Part shown: positions 26,108 to 38,215 of the stretch, piece by piece
Position numbering within the stretch: the first letter of the stretch is position 1
How the letters are laid out: every line of letters begins with the position of its first letter
NCBI RefSeq assembly: GCF_006345805.1
Contig: NC_043014.1
Location: 2,170,001 to 2,234,000 of the forward strand
Direction of reading: 5' to 3'
Source: Octopus sinensis
Taxonomy: Eukaryota
Length of the DNA stretch: 64,000 nucleotides
The notes under the pieces: model-generated
Seen by the model: only the letters and a program-made list of their open reading frames with translations
Database searches by the model: none
Told to the model about the DNA's origin: nothing
Program-made: the position numbers and the translations under genes

Positions 26108-27247
26108 TTGGGACCTAGCTGGAGTTTTCTATTTCTTTTCCTTATCAAAATATAGCGCAATGATATCGGTTCATTCGTTTTGAATAACCCTGTATTTTTT
26201 AGTTCAGCTCAGGATGTCCGAATGTGCTCACCACTGAGGAGATCAAATTAGGCCGAAACACTGTGTCCCACAATCCGTTGACATTCTGAGCGAATCTTGT
26301 GTTACTCATTAAAGCACAAATCTCTTAGACAAGTTCCTCTGAGACAAAATGTTACAGTTAGTGCTGATCTGTGTTTATATACATATTTCATTATTTTCAT
26401 CATTGCATTTAGTGTTCTTTCGGAGTAGTTACATTCTTAACCATGATGTACTAATACCGTCTATCATATGTTTTTTTTGTTTGTTTTTGTCTCTAATCCT
26501 CAATTAGTTATTTGCATACCTTAGATTCTTCTATTAATTAATGAGTAGGTGTTAATTCTACTACTGGCCTATAGTCGTGTGGTCAACGCAGAAAAACCCA
26601 GCCAGTCATGACATACTTATTATTTGCTGTAAACTTAATGGGATTTTAAACATTGTGGTGCTATGCCCTAAACAAGCCAGGCGATGGCCCAGGGCGCTAA
26701 AATTCATGCAAATTCTGAAGAATTCAAAATTATTTTCTTAGCACTTTTTCAAGGGTGAATATTTGATCGTAGTTACTTTTCGTCATTGGAGAACATCCTC
26801 CCTTCAACGGAGTAGCTTTCAATGAAGAGACTCACAATAAGGTCGAAATGGAGTGGAGTCTCAGAGTCATCTTACACTGGTGAGTCGCGCGTTTATAAAG
26901 ACTCAATGTCTGTGGCTTATAATCCACAGAAAGCAAAGAGCTTCCTTAAGTTGGCTCTTCGTACTTTAAAAAGTTAACGATGTTTGATTGAAGGGAAAAT
27001 CCTCAATTCGATCCTCGGAATCTTCTGCACATCACTTCTTCTTACGGCCTAAATCATAGATAGAGAAACAACTTGATTTCTTCCTCTTTTTATTTTTAAC
27101 TGTGAAATGAAATCTAATCGATATTGTTCGATCAGCGCAGATCGATAACATAGACGGAATAAATGAGACGAGACAGCTGAATCGAAACGAGAAAAGAAAC
27201 GAAGAGAAAAGCGACATGAATTGGAATAAGAAGAATAAAAAATATTT

Positions 27248-27369
27248 TTATTGCTGAGGCTTTCGCATTCGATACCAAATAATAAGAACGCAGGCAGCTG
27301 CCAACAACTGGCACGAACCGCTTATGTAGAAGACAAGTTTCAATGATTTCGTAACATCATAAAGCAATC
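27248..27369 (-). CDS. SLC16 paralogue C, exon 8 (last, TM12)
   Basis: TTTTCAG acceptor; GLLYDVTKSLKLVFYISGSCQLLAAACVLIIWYRMRKPQQ then TAA; 122 nt. Confidence 0.85.
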
Positions 27370-27396
27370 CTGAAAATAATAATAATAACAATAATA

Positions 27397-27462
<66 letters not shown>

Positions 27463-27464
<2 letters not shown>

Positions 27465-28118
27465 TGGAGATGGACAAGAAACAATAAATCATATTATCTC
27501 TAGCTGCCCAGTCCTGGCTAAGAAGGAATATATTCACAGACATGACAGAGTTGGAACCTACATACATTGGAAGCTATGCCAACATTATGGAATAACAACA
27601 GAAAAAAGATGGTATAGGCACACACCAGAAAAGGTCACAGAAAACGAGGAAGCAACCATACTCTGGGATATGCCGATACACACAGATAGAGAAATTAAGG
27701 CCAACAGACCAGATATAGTTGCCAGAGATCATGAAGAAAAAAAATGCTTTCTAATTGATGTATCAATACCGGCTGATGACAACGTGTCTCTAAAAGAAAT
27801 GGAGAAACTCTCAAAATACAAAGACCATGAAATAGAGGTAACTAGAATGTGGAATCTGAAAACAGAAACAATTCCTATCATAGTAGGTGCATTAGGCATG
27901 ATAAAAAAAATATTCAGACAAATACATAACAAAAACACCAGGACTTACAAACACATATAACATACAGAAAATCGCACTACTAGGCACTGCACACATCCTA
28001 CGCAGAACACTTTCCATACAATAACCATCAGAGCATCACAACAAATCACAGCACATACCCAAGGCACACAGAGATGTGCTCGGTAGTGAAGTGAAAGCAC
28101 GCTATAAAACTAAAACTA

Positions 28119-28121
<3 letters not shown>
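27463..28121 (+). mobile_element. R4/Dong-like LINE 3' fragment, first in the stack
   Basis: ETINHIISSCPVLAKKEYIHRHDRVG (CCHC region) and RPDIVARDHEEKKCFLIDVSIP...EKLSKYKD (REL); (AAT)n on both sides. Confidence 0.85.
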
Positions 28122-28194
<73 letters not shown>

Positions 28195-28196
<2 letters not shown>

Positions 28197-28487
28197 GCTA
28201 CCTAGCTCAGATACCAGGAAACCCCAAAGTGGCAGAAATTCAAAAGATAGTGATCATGGGAACTGCCCATATCCTACGTAAAATACTGTCTATGTAATCT
28301 CACATTTTAAAACAAACACATAATTTTCGTATGGTTTCTTAAACATTCTCTAGAACAACACTAAGTACAAAACCGAATATATGGCACCCTAGGCATAACA
28401 CCAACATGAACTTCCAACTTGTTGTCTCTTGAGGTCTCTGGGTGAGACTTGGAGCCAAATAGTAAAAATGCAAAGCAAAAGTCAAAC

Positions 28488-28490
<3 letters not shown>
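28195..28490 (+). mobile_element. R4/Dong-like LINE 3' fragment, second in the stack
   Basis: YLAQIPGNPKVAEIQKIVIMGTAHILRKILSM plus 3' UTR; same subfamily as 15012-15584. Confidence 0.8.
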
Positions 28491-28531
<41 letters not shown>

Positions 28532-28554
28532 TAATAATAATAATATAATAATAA

Positions 28555-29921
28555 TTCCTTAGCAGTTCCAGTTGTTACTTATAGCTACAATGTGTTGAAC
28601 TGGAATATGAGTGAAGTAAGAATATAGATAGAAAAATACGCAAGCTGCTGAGTTGTAATAGGTTGCACCACCCAAAGGCAGACGTAGATCGCCTTTACCT
28701 TCCCAGAGCCCAAGGAGTCGAGGCCTGATCCAATTTGAACTAGCTTACAAAACAACCACAATTGGACTGGCCAAATATCTCGAAATATCGAATGACTGGA
28801 TGCTAAAGCTCGTGGAAAATCATGAGAGACGAAAGAAGCTTCATTCTATCATCAAGGAAGCAAAAAATTTGCTATTGATCTCGTGCAGGATACCCAACTG
28901 AACAACCCGAGGGAAGTACGGCAACTATTGTTGCAAAGAAGGTGAAAATGATGGCAATGAAAAAAGCGCACGAGCAATTGGCTGATAGGTGGGAGGAGAA
29001 ACCTCTGCACGGCAAATATGTGACCCGCAGCAAACAAGCTGATGTTGACCAGAAGCAAACCCATCAGTGGCTGCGGAGCTCAGGGCTAAAGCAGAGAGCG
29101 AAGGTTTCATCCTGGCTGCTCAAGACCAAAGCCTATTAACCCGGAACTACCAGCCAATGTGATGAAAAATGGAGCAGACCCAAAATGCCGATTCTGCAAC
29201 GACATGATTGAAACAGTGGACCACCTAATCTCTGGATGTAAAGTCTTAGCACCAGTGGATTATAAATTAAGACATGACAGAGTTGGCCAATATCTCCACT
29301 GGCTAATAAGTCGGCATTACAATATCAAAACTGCCGACAAGTGGTATAATCACCACCCTGAGGCTGTAACTGAAGGAGAAAATGTAACCATTCTGTGGGA
29401 CTTTCCAGTACATACAGACCGAACCATCAAGGCCAATAACCAGATATTGTTGTGAAAGACCAAAACAATAAAGTTTGCTTATTGATCGACATGAGCATCC
29501 CCTGTGATTATAATATCTCAGCGAAAGAGTTTGACAAGCTCAGAAAATATAAAGACCTACTCATTGAAATTGAGAAAATGTGGCATCTCAAGGCGGTTAC
29601 AATACCAGTGATCGTAGGAGCACTAGGAATGATCAAGAAGGGAACCGAAAATTATATGAGAATGATCCCTGGCTTACCATCCCTGCAAGAAGTGCAAAAG
29701 ATTGTCTTAACTGGTACATCACACGTATTGAGAAGAGCATTGTCAATGTGAGAACTGTTGCTGCTCATGTATTTTAATTTAACTTAAAAAAAAAAAAAAA
29801 AAATTAACGAACTACTGAGTTTGGTTTAATGGCCTACCAATATACACTATGAGTTTCTTTGCCCTAGGAGTCGGGAAGACACTCGGCAAGAAATGGAAGA
29901 AAATTTGAAAGAAGAAAAAAA
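28555..29921 (+). mobile_element. R4/Dong-like LINE 1.37-kb 3' fragment, third in the stack
   Basis: WEEKPLHGKY, CRFCNDMIETVDHLISGC, HDRVGQYLHW, LIDMSIP...DKLRKYKDL...IPVIVGALG; several frameshifts; followed by (AAT)n. Confidence 0.88.
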
Positions 29922-29947
29922 AAGTAATAATAATAATAATAATAATA

Positions 29948-30490
29948 AATGCCCTGATGCAGTACCAGGTAATGGCTCTCATGGCTTCTGATCTTAACTG
30001 ATTGGAAGTGTTATCATGTACATTGTTTTGTCTTGGTATAAAAGATGGGCTACAGCAAATATTCTGCTCAATACCACAGATTTGCTTGTCAGTTGTTTGA
30101 CCTTAACCAGTTGAGCATGTCCCTTAGTGGCTGACGATATGTGCATCTCTGATCACGAGCAGAAGTAGTGGGGGAGCATCATAGCCATGTGTTGAGAGGG
30201 ATTCTTTGGGGTTTGAATAATTCACCTCTGGAAACATGGGTGGTTCTTTCAACATCCTTAAACAACTCTTATTCAGGGAACTTTTGAGCGGGATGGGCTA
30301 CTCAACCAGAAGAAAATTCTAACTGGTCATGTGCTGTTTATCTTGATATGAGATCACCATGGCGCGCACATATGGTTGTGATGCATGTGCCTAGTGTACC
30401 CTTATCAGACGGGTAGTCATGATGGGTATATTGGGCTTCGTATATTTTACCCCAGTGTCACTTTGATGGCATGAACTGCTCTCTCACTCA
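29948..30490 (+). repeat. ~540-bp non-coding (AAT)n-flanked interspersed element
   Basis: Homologous to 14042-14551 (reverse); begins and ends in (AAT)n. Confidence 0.8.
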
Positions 30491-30984
30491 ATAATAATAA
30501 TAATAATATGGCTACAAGTGACAGGCCTGAATGGGGAAACAGGTCTTGTTACTGCAGCGCAAGATCAGAGCTTATCTACCAGAAACTACTATGCAAACGT
30601 CCTTAAAGATGGATCTGACTCTTCGTGCAGAATTTGTGGAAAATTCAGAGAGACAATTGATCATGTTATATGGCTGCCCAGTCCTCGCTGAAAAGGAGAA
30701 CCTCATAAGACATGAGAGACTAGGGCAGGACATCCACTGGAATGCTTGTAAGTACCACAAAAGGATAAGTGTTAGAGTCACCATCCAGAGGATGTAGTAA
30801 ATGGCGAGGGCGTCACCGTCCTTCACCATAAAAAAGATATTTATATCTGAAGGACACAGAGCCACTCCTTGCGCCTGTGTCAGTTTGCAAGTTTTAACAC
30901 CTTTCAGCTGTTTTTTTCATTGGGCGAAACCACTTTGAGTCATGCAGTTTTCAAACTGAATGAACAGAGCTGACTGTCAATTTG

Positions 30985-31004
30985 CGAAAAGAAAGAAAGA
31001 AGTA

Positions 31005-31072
<68 letters not shown>

Positions 31073-31140
31073 AAAAAGAAAAAGAAAGAGAAGAAAAGAA
31101 AGAAAGAATGAATGAAAGAAAGAAAGAAAGAGAAGAAAAG
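30985..31140. repeat. (GAAA)n microsatellite, with a compound (CA)n tract at ~31310-31715
   Basis: Seen directly. Confidence 0.95.
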
Positions 31141-31409
31141 AATGCTGGAAAGAATGAGTAGTAGAAAAGGAAATTTATCAAAAAAGCAAAATTCCTTAAA
31201 TGAATTATAAGGGAGGGAGTCTATGTCACCGGTTAGTAGTGGCCTCCCCTGTTTTTGAACAATAACTGTTAAGAGTTTAAGCGTTCTTAAGTACATACGC
31301 ACGAACACAGCGACACACACACCCACAGACACACACACATACACGCGCGCACAGACACACGCACACACGCGCGTGCACACACACACACACGCACGCACAC
31401 ACACACACA

Positions 31410-31449
<40 letters not shown>

Positions 31450-31799
31450 CACACGCGCACACACACACACACACGCTCACACACACACACATACACACAC
31501 ACATACACACACACGCACGCACACACACACACACACACGCACACACACACGCACACACACACGCACACACACACACACACACGCACACACACACACACAC
31601 ACAGCAACACACACACATACACACTCACACACACATATACACACACACACACACACGCACGCACACACACACACACATACACACACACACAGCAACACAC
31701 ACACACACACACGCGCGTGTGCGTCTCTGTTTCATGACGCACAAATACGCTAGATTCCATCTAAATGGATGCAGACAATCCAGTCTTCGAGGTGATAGC

Positions 31800-32470
31800 A
31801 TTCTGATAGTCGTATTTCAGTAAATAACCATTATTTGGTGCCAGTGTATCGCATGCGGTCTGCCACGGTGTCAAACATGGTTGTCTCCCTTATCTTCCAG
31901 ATATTTCAGAGATTAAAAAGAAAATCTTCAGATATTTCAGAGATCCCTTTTTTTTTTTTTTATCAGAATCATAGTTTTAGCATCTAACCATGATCACTCA
32001 ATGACCTGTGCGTGTGCCCTGGTCACTGGATCCACATAATGTCGTTGATGGTTCACTGTCAGATGGTGATAAACCAAAGGCATTTAAATTATTATAAGCA
32101 GGCCACTCATCTGAATGAATTATTGAACCTTATTCTCTTTCAATAATTGTTATCAGATAATTCCGTTCCACACAAAAATATCGACAGTTTGAGGCTTGCT
32201 TGAGACCCAAAACCCTCGACCCGTCAATTCTACGACCATGGTTCCTGTTGTTTCGCTCTTCTGCATCACTGTCTTCGAAGAGAGAAGCGTTATCGCCATT
32301 CAGCATTCTTCCTCAATTGTATTTTCGTCGACCAATAAATCTTTCTTCATCGATCTGAATGGGCTTATCGTCTGCTCCAACCATCTTCCCTCATCATACA
32401 TGATAAACTATGGCGTCACACACTTCGCGGTACATATTGTACCAGTTACTGTATTTTAAAATTTTCCTGT
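31800..32470 (-). mobile_element. Degraded Merlin (IS1595/ISXO2-like) DNA transposon
   Basis: PIQIDEERFIGRRKYN, NNRNHGRRIDG and TVNHQRHYVDPVTRAHAQVIE on the minus strand. Confidence 0.75.
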
Positions 32471-32569
32471 TAAAGTCACTGCTGTGGTCATGAGTAAATC
32501 CATGACAAAGACAAATATTAGTTCTAAAATCTCACTCAGGGTCAGCTTGCAGTTTAATTTGTTGTTAAT

Positions 32570-32842
32570 GTATTTCTTTATTGCCCACAAGGGGCTAAAA
32601 AATGTATTTATTTCTTTACTACCCACAAGGGGCTAAACACAGAGAGGACAAACAAGGACAGACAAACGGATTAAGTCGATTACATCGACGCCAGTGCGTA
32701 ACTGGTACTTAATTTATCGACCCTGAAAGGATGAAAGGCAAAGTCGACCTCGGCGGAATTTGAACTCAGGACGTAGCGGCAGATGAAAGACTGCTAAGCA
32801 TTTCGCCCGGCGAGCTAACGATTACGCCAGCTCGCCGCCTTT
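32570..32842 (-). mobile_element. SINE family B, full copy
   Basis: Head GGCGGCGAGCTGGC...GAGTTCAAATTCC through tail CCCCTTGTGGGTAGTAAAGAAATA. Confidence 0.85.
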
Positions 32843-33116
32843 AATTTGTTACTGTCCGTATAATGGAAATATTGGTTTCCTTTATTAAGTGAACGTCTAA
32901 GGTAGATAACCCTGGCTATACTGTTTGACAAGGTGAAAGACCGTATACTATACTGGTACCTATTATTTTTTTTATTTTCATCAGACACAACATCGAATTA
33001 ATAAATCTTACTGAAAATGTCCCTAACTTAATAAAATTGTAACAACAAACGTTGAGATATTATTTATAAATAGGTCGAGAGTTTTTGCACGAAATAAAGA
33101 CTAAGATTTAGTCCAA

Positions 33117-33425
33117 GCTTCTGCTATAGCCCCAGGCCTACCAATGCCTTGTGAGTGGATTTGGTAGACGGAAACTGAAAGAAGCCTGTCGTATATATGT
33201 ATATATGTATATAAGTGTGTGTGTCTGTGTTTGTCCCCCTAGCATTGCTTGACAACCGATGCTGGTGTGTTTACGTCCCCGTCACTTAGCGGTTCGGCAA
33301 AAGACACCGATAGAATAAGCACTGGGCTTACAAAGAATAAGTCCCGGGGTCGATTTGCTCGACTAAAGGCGGTGCTCCAGCATGGCCGCAGTCAAATGAC
33401 TGAAACAAGTAAAAGAGTAAAAGAG
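33117..33425 (+). mobile_element. SINE family A, 5'-truncated
   Basis: Matches the family A body and tail (gactgaaacaagtaaaagagtaaaagag). Confidence 0.85.
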
Positions 33426-33779
33426 AGACAGGTAAACAGACAGACAGACAGACGGAGATATAGATGGATAGACAGATAAATAGATAGATCGATCTAATCT
33501 CACCAGATCTAACCGCATCAGACCGGATCTAACCTCGCCAGTTTCCTTCTACAATATCTGCTCACAAAACTTTGGTCGGTTCGAGGCTATAGTAGAAGAC
33601 ATATGCCCAAGGTGTCATGTAGTGGGACTGAACCCGGAACCATGTGGTTAGGAAACAAACTTGTTACCACACAACTGCGCCTGCGCATTATACACTTTTC
33701 TTTATAACCATGTTTCTTTCCGTTGAAATTACTGGTATTTAAAACGCCCTTCATCATTATGAGACACTTTATATATATA

Positions 33780-34172
33780 CTTTTCTACTCTAGGCACAAG
33801 GCCCGAAATTTTGGGCGAGGGGGCCAGTCGATTAGATCGACTCCAGTACGCAACTGGTACTTAATTTATCGATCCCGAAATTATGAAAGGCAAAGTCAAC
33901 CTCGGCGGAATTTGAACTCAGAACATAAAAACAAACGAAATATTTATTTCTTTAATACCCACAAGGGGCTAAACACAGAGGAGATAAACAAAGACAGACA
34001 AACGGATTAAGTCGATTACGTCGATCCCAGTGCGTAACTGGTACTTTATTTATCGACCCCGAGAGGATGAAAGGCAAAGTCGACCTCGGCGGAATTTGAA
34101 CTCAGAACGTAACGGCAGATGAAATACCGCAAAGCATTTCGCCCGGCGTGCTAACGATTCTGCCAGATTGCC
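33780..34172 (-). mobile_element. SINE family B multimer
   Basis: Head-truncated units fused in tandem. Confidence 0.8.
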
Positions 34173-34205
34173 ACCTTACTTTATATATCTTGAAAGATAA
34201 CTTAC

Positions 34206-34331
34206 CAAATAAGGGTGAACCGACAGAGAAAACTATTCCAATGATAAGGTTTAGCATGGAGAATCCTTCCTTACACTTCTCTCTACCTGTGACTTCAGTC
34301 GTAATGAGCAACCGAACGGAGCCTGTAAATC
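34206..34331 (-). CDS. SLC16 paralogue C, exon 7 (TM10-TM11)
   Basis: ATTCAG / G|GTAAG; 126 nt; GFTGSVRLLITTEVTGREKCKEGFSMLNLIIGIVFSVGSPLF. Confidence 0.88.
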
Positions 34332-34651
34332 CTGAATAATATACAACGCAGAGACGTTATGAGAATGGCACATTTTCACTGAGAATCGCGGATCGACGCT
34401 TTCACTCAATTTAAAGAATCGGAAATATGAACCTGTTTGAAGGTAAATAGGGATTTCAAATGTTGGCAACAAGGTCAGCAATTTCCGGGAAGGGACCCAA
34501 GTACTCAAAAGGTACTTTATTTTATCGACCCCCTCGAAAGAATGAAAGACAAAATGGACCGTAGCGGAATTTTAACTCGGAACGTAAAGACGGTCGACAT
34601 GGTGATAAGCATTTTGTCCGGCGTGTTAACGATTCTGCCAGCTCGCCTTTC

Positions 34652-34682
<31 letters not shown>

Positions 34683-34688
34683 ATATAC

Positions 34689-34915
34689 TTTATTTAAACC
34701 AGCAGAAAATTCAACAAAATCTGTTACTCTGAGTTCTCGTTGCCGTTCATCAGACAGTTTTTTCTAGCAAAAACTGTCTGATGAACGGCAACGAGAAACT
34801 CAGAGTAACAGATTTTGTTGAATTTTCTGATGCTTTAAATAAAACATATTACTCTACCACTGGTATTTGAGTACTCTTTTTTCCACCTTGTTTCACATTT
34901 ATGTGTTTACTCCGG
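34689..34915. mobile_element. Inverted duplication of a hammerhead-like motif with a Penelope-type terminal segment
   Basis: ~61-bp near-perfect palindrome arms containing CTGATGA...GAAAC..GTA; the Penelope assignment is an inference. Confidence 0.55.
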
Positions 34916-34989
34916 TATATATATATATATATATTATGTATATGTATATATATATATGTATATGTATAAGTATGTATTTATGTATGTAT

Positions 34990-35660
34990 GTATCTTTATT
35001 GCCAAGAAGGGGTTAAATATAGAGAGGACAAACAAGGACAAAAGAATTAAGTCGATTAGATCGACCCAGTACGCAAGTGGTACTTAATTTATCGGTCCCG
35101 AAAGGAAGAAAGGCGAAGTCGACCTCGGCGGAATTTGAACTCAGGACGTCGGGATCGGAGTCGGATACCTATTTCTTTACTACCCACAAGGGGCTAAACA
35201 CGGAGAGGACAAACAAGGACAGACAAACGGGTTAAGTCGATTACATCGACACCAGTGCATAACTGGTACTTATTTAATCGACCCCGAAAGGATGAAAGGC
35301 AAAGTCGACCTCGGCGGAATTTGAACTCAGAACGTAACAGCAGACGAAATACCGCAAAGCATTTCGCCCAGCGTGCTAACGTTTCTGCCAGCTCGCCGCT
35401 AAGCATTTTACCCGGCGTGTTAACAATTTTTATTTCTTTACTCCCCACAAGGGGCTAAACATACAGGGGACAAACAAGGACAGACAAACGGATTAAGACA
35501 ATTACATCGATCCCAATGCGCGACTGGTACTTAATTTATCGACCACGAAAGGATGAAAGGCAAAGTCGACCTCGGCAGAATTTGAACTCAGAACGCGGCG
35601 GCGGACGAAATACCACAAAGCATTTCGCCCGACGTGCTAACGGTTCTGCCAGCTCGCTAC
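34990..35660 (-). mobile_element. SINE family B tandem multimer (3 units plus a partial)
   Basis: Repeated tatttctttactacccacaaggggc...gaactcagaacg blocks. Confidence 0.85.
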
Positions 35661-35701
35661 CTCTTTCAAAGTAAATAGTGATGCTTGAAGGTCTGAGCGG
35701 A

Positions 35702-35773
<72 letters not shown>

Positions 35774-35846
35774 TCTACTTTTACCATTACTACTACTACT
35801 ACTACTACTACTACTAGAGAGGCCTAGTTGTCTCCGGTGGTCTTAC

Positions 35847-36115
35847 CTGCTGTAAGGCCAATTAGACTGAGCGCAACGGCAAGCAGGACGTAGGTGTCGC
35901 AGTGTGGGATGCAGATGGCGATGGCCCCGACGACCGCCTGCGAGAACACCAGCACGATTTTGCTGTTCAGATGAAGGAGATCAACAATGAAACCGATGCA
36001 AAGCTGACCGATGGTCAGCCAAATGCCGAATATGGACATCAAAACGGCTATTTCGGATCGTTCCAAGTGGAACGATAGCATGAAGACGGGAGGTATTGGA
36101 AGGCGATTTGACGAG
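35847..36115 (-). pseudogene. SLC16 paralogue C, exon 6 (TM7-TM10) with an apparent 4-nt frameshifting deletion
   Basis: TTTCCAG / CAG|GTAAGA; 269 nt versus 273 in A and B; the phase-1 frame reads TRQIAFQY (compare VATIAYTY), while PPVFMLSF...GQLCIGFIVD is in another frame; premature TAG at 36050-36048. Confidence 0.7.
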
Positions 36116-36166
36116 CTGGAAATAGAAAATAGATAAATAAATAAATAAATAAATAAATAAATGAAT

Positions 36167-36550
36167 AAGTAGCTTGTTTACCAACCACATGGTTCCGGGT
36201 TCAGTCCCACTGCGTGGCATCTTGGGCAAGTGTCTTCTACTTTAGCCCCGGGCCGACCAATGCCTTGTGAGTGAATTTGGTAGAGGGAAACTGAAAGAAG
36301 TCCGTCGTATATATGTATGTATATATATATATTATGCGTGTGTGTGTTTGTGTGTCTGTGTTTGTCCCCCTAGTATTGCTTGACAACCGATGCTGGTGTG
36401 TTTATGTCCCCGTCACTTAGCGGTTCGGCAAAAGAGACCGATAGAATAAGTACTGGGCTTACAAAAAAAATAAGTCCCGGGGTCGAGTTGCTCGACTAAA
36501 GGCGGTGCTCCAGCATGGCCGCAGTCAAATGACTGAAACAAGTAAGAGAG
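36167..36550 (+). mobile_element. SINE family A, ~50 bp from the paralogue C exon 6 acceptor
   Basis: B-box ggttcagtccc, core cttgggcaagtg, family A tail. Confidence 0.85.
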
Positions 36551-36552
36551 AG

Positions 36553-36587
<35 letters not shown>

Positions 36588-36737
36588 GTAAAAAAGTAAA
36601 TAAATGAAATATTAAAAAAAAACTATTAATTCTAATAAAACAAAGTTGGAGAGTTATTGCTGATGCGAAGTGGGTTTGCCACCATGAGAGGAAGTAAAAT
36701 ATATTATTTAGAATATAGATATACTTACACACGTACA

Positions 36738-37108
36738 GGCACAACGGCCCAGTGGTTAGGGCAGCAGACACGTGGTCGTAGGATCGCGGTTTCGATTCCC
36801 AGACCGGGCGTTGTGAGTGTTTATTGAGTGAAAAACACCTAAAGCTCCACGAGGCTCCAGCAGGGGGTGGTGGCGAACCCTGCTGTACTTTTTCGTCACC
36901 CCTTTTTCCCACTCTTTGTTTCTGTTCTACCTGTGTTTCAAAGGGCCAACCTTGTCACACTCTGTGTCACGCTGATTCTCCACGAGAACTACGTTGAGGG
37001 TACACGCGTCTTTGGAGTGTTCAGCCACTTGTACGTTAATTTCGCGAGCAGACTTCCGTTGATCGGATCAACTGGAACCCTCGTCGTCGCAACCGACGGA
37101 GTGCCAGG
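36738..37108 (+). mobile_element. tRNA-derived SINE family C
   Basis: ggcacaacggcccagtggttagggcagc...ggtttcgattccc head; homologous to 39245-39683 and 43897-44278. Confidence 0.85.
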
Positions 37109-38052
37109 TTATTTTTACACACAGACACATATTATAAAAGTATGATCGAAGACAGAAACAAAGGAATATACAGGAAACAAAGAGGAAAAAATTCACATGA
37201 TGGACTGAGAAATGTTCAACTCCTCATCAGCCGTTGACCAAATATCATCACAATTTCGACACTTTCCGATGATGTAGTTCAATTTGCCGGTGTCAGCAAC
37301 AGAAGCTGTTGGAGAAAACCAACGGGAACGTTTCCGCCTTATGAAACCTTCACAGCATGGCTTTTTTTCACTGAAGGTGTAGAACTAGGAGTGCTCTGTC
37401 TTTCTGCCGATTTATTTATCTAGCTATCCATTCAATTATCTATTTATCTGTCTATCGAAATTTTAAGTTCTAGCCACCTCAACATGATCTAAGAACTTCT
37501 CCTTTATTCCATTTATAGCGTCGTGCCCTCACTCTATGTTTTCTTGTTTTCTATAAGTCGACCCACAATGCCGTATAACATAGTTGTATCTGTTTATCCA
37601 AAATTCATGTCATAATAAAAACGGTTCCGATAAACTATATTAAGCAACATTTTTGAGTAGACCCACACCTACGTATATCGCTCTGGACTACTATTTTATT
37701 TGTTAGCCCCAGAAGGAAGAAAAATAAATTTGATCTCAGAACGCAAGGTAACAGGATTATTACCGCAATGCATATTGTACGAAGTTCGAATGGCTGCCAA
37801 ATTCGCTATGTAAATAGGGTTGGCTAGGTCAACCTGAATTTAGATATACATTTTATTACAGCTAATTCATCTCCAGGTTGTTTCCACCCTTTCTTTGTTC
37901 TGTTATCATCTAATTAGTGTGTTTAACAATTAAATCGAGAGAAATGTGTTAATCACGAAATATTAATATATTTTGGAACTCAATTTTATGGTTTTTCGAG
38001 CGAATTTTCTGAATTTTCGATTAAATAAAAGGGCAAAAAGGTTGTTACTTAC

Positions 38053-38215
38053 TTGAGATAAAAAAATAAGATACTAACAAACAAAGGAAGTTGGAATTCT
38101 TTAGAACCGAAACACCAAGAATTTTTAAGCAATGTTCTTTGAATGTTAATTTCTTTTTCTTCTTCTTTATTTCTGATATTTTTCTTTGCACTCTAGCGTC
38201 TGTATTGTGGTTTTG
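38053..38215 (-). CDS. SLC16 paralogue C, exon 5 (end of loop, start of TM7); absent from the ORF track
   Basis: TTTTGTAG / A|GTAAGT; 163 nt, phase 0-1; QNHNTDARVQRKISEIKKKKKKLTFKEHCLKILGVSVLKNSNFLCLLVSYFFIS. Confidence 0.82.

Noticed and set aside
4132-34331. Arg in TM10 (SLRL/SVRL) of all three paralogues as a relocated substrate-binding residue
   Set aside because: As I recall, an SLR motif at this position is common in invertebrate SLC16 proteins that retain the TM8 Arg, so it is not evidence of novelty without an alignment.
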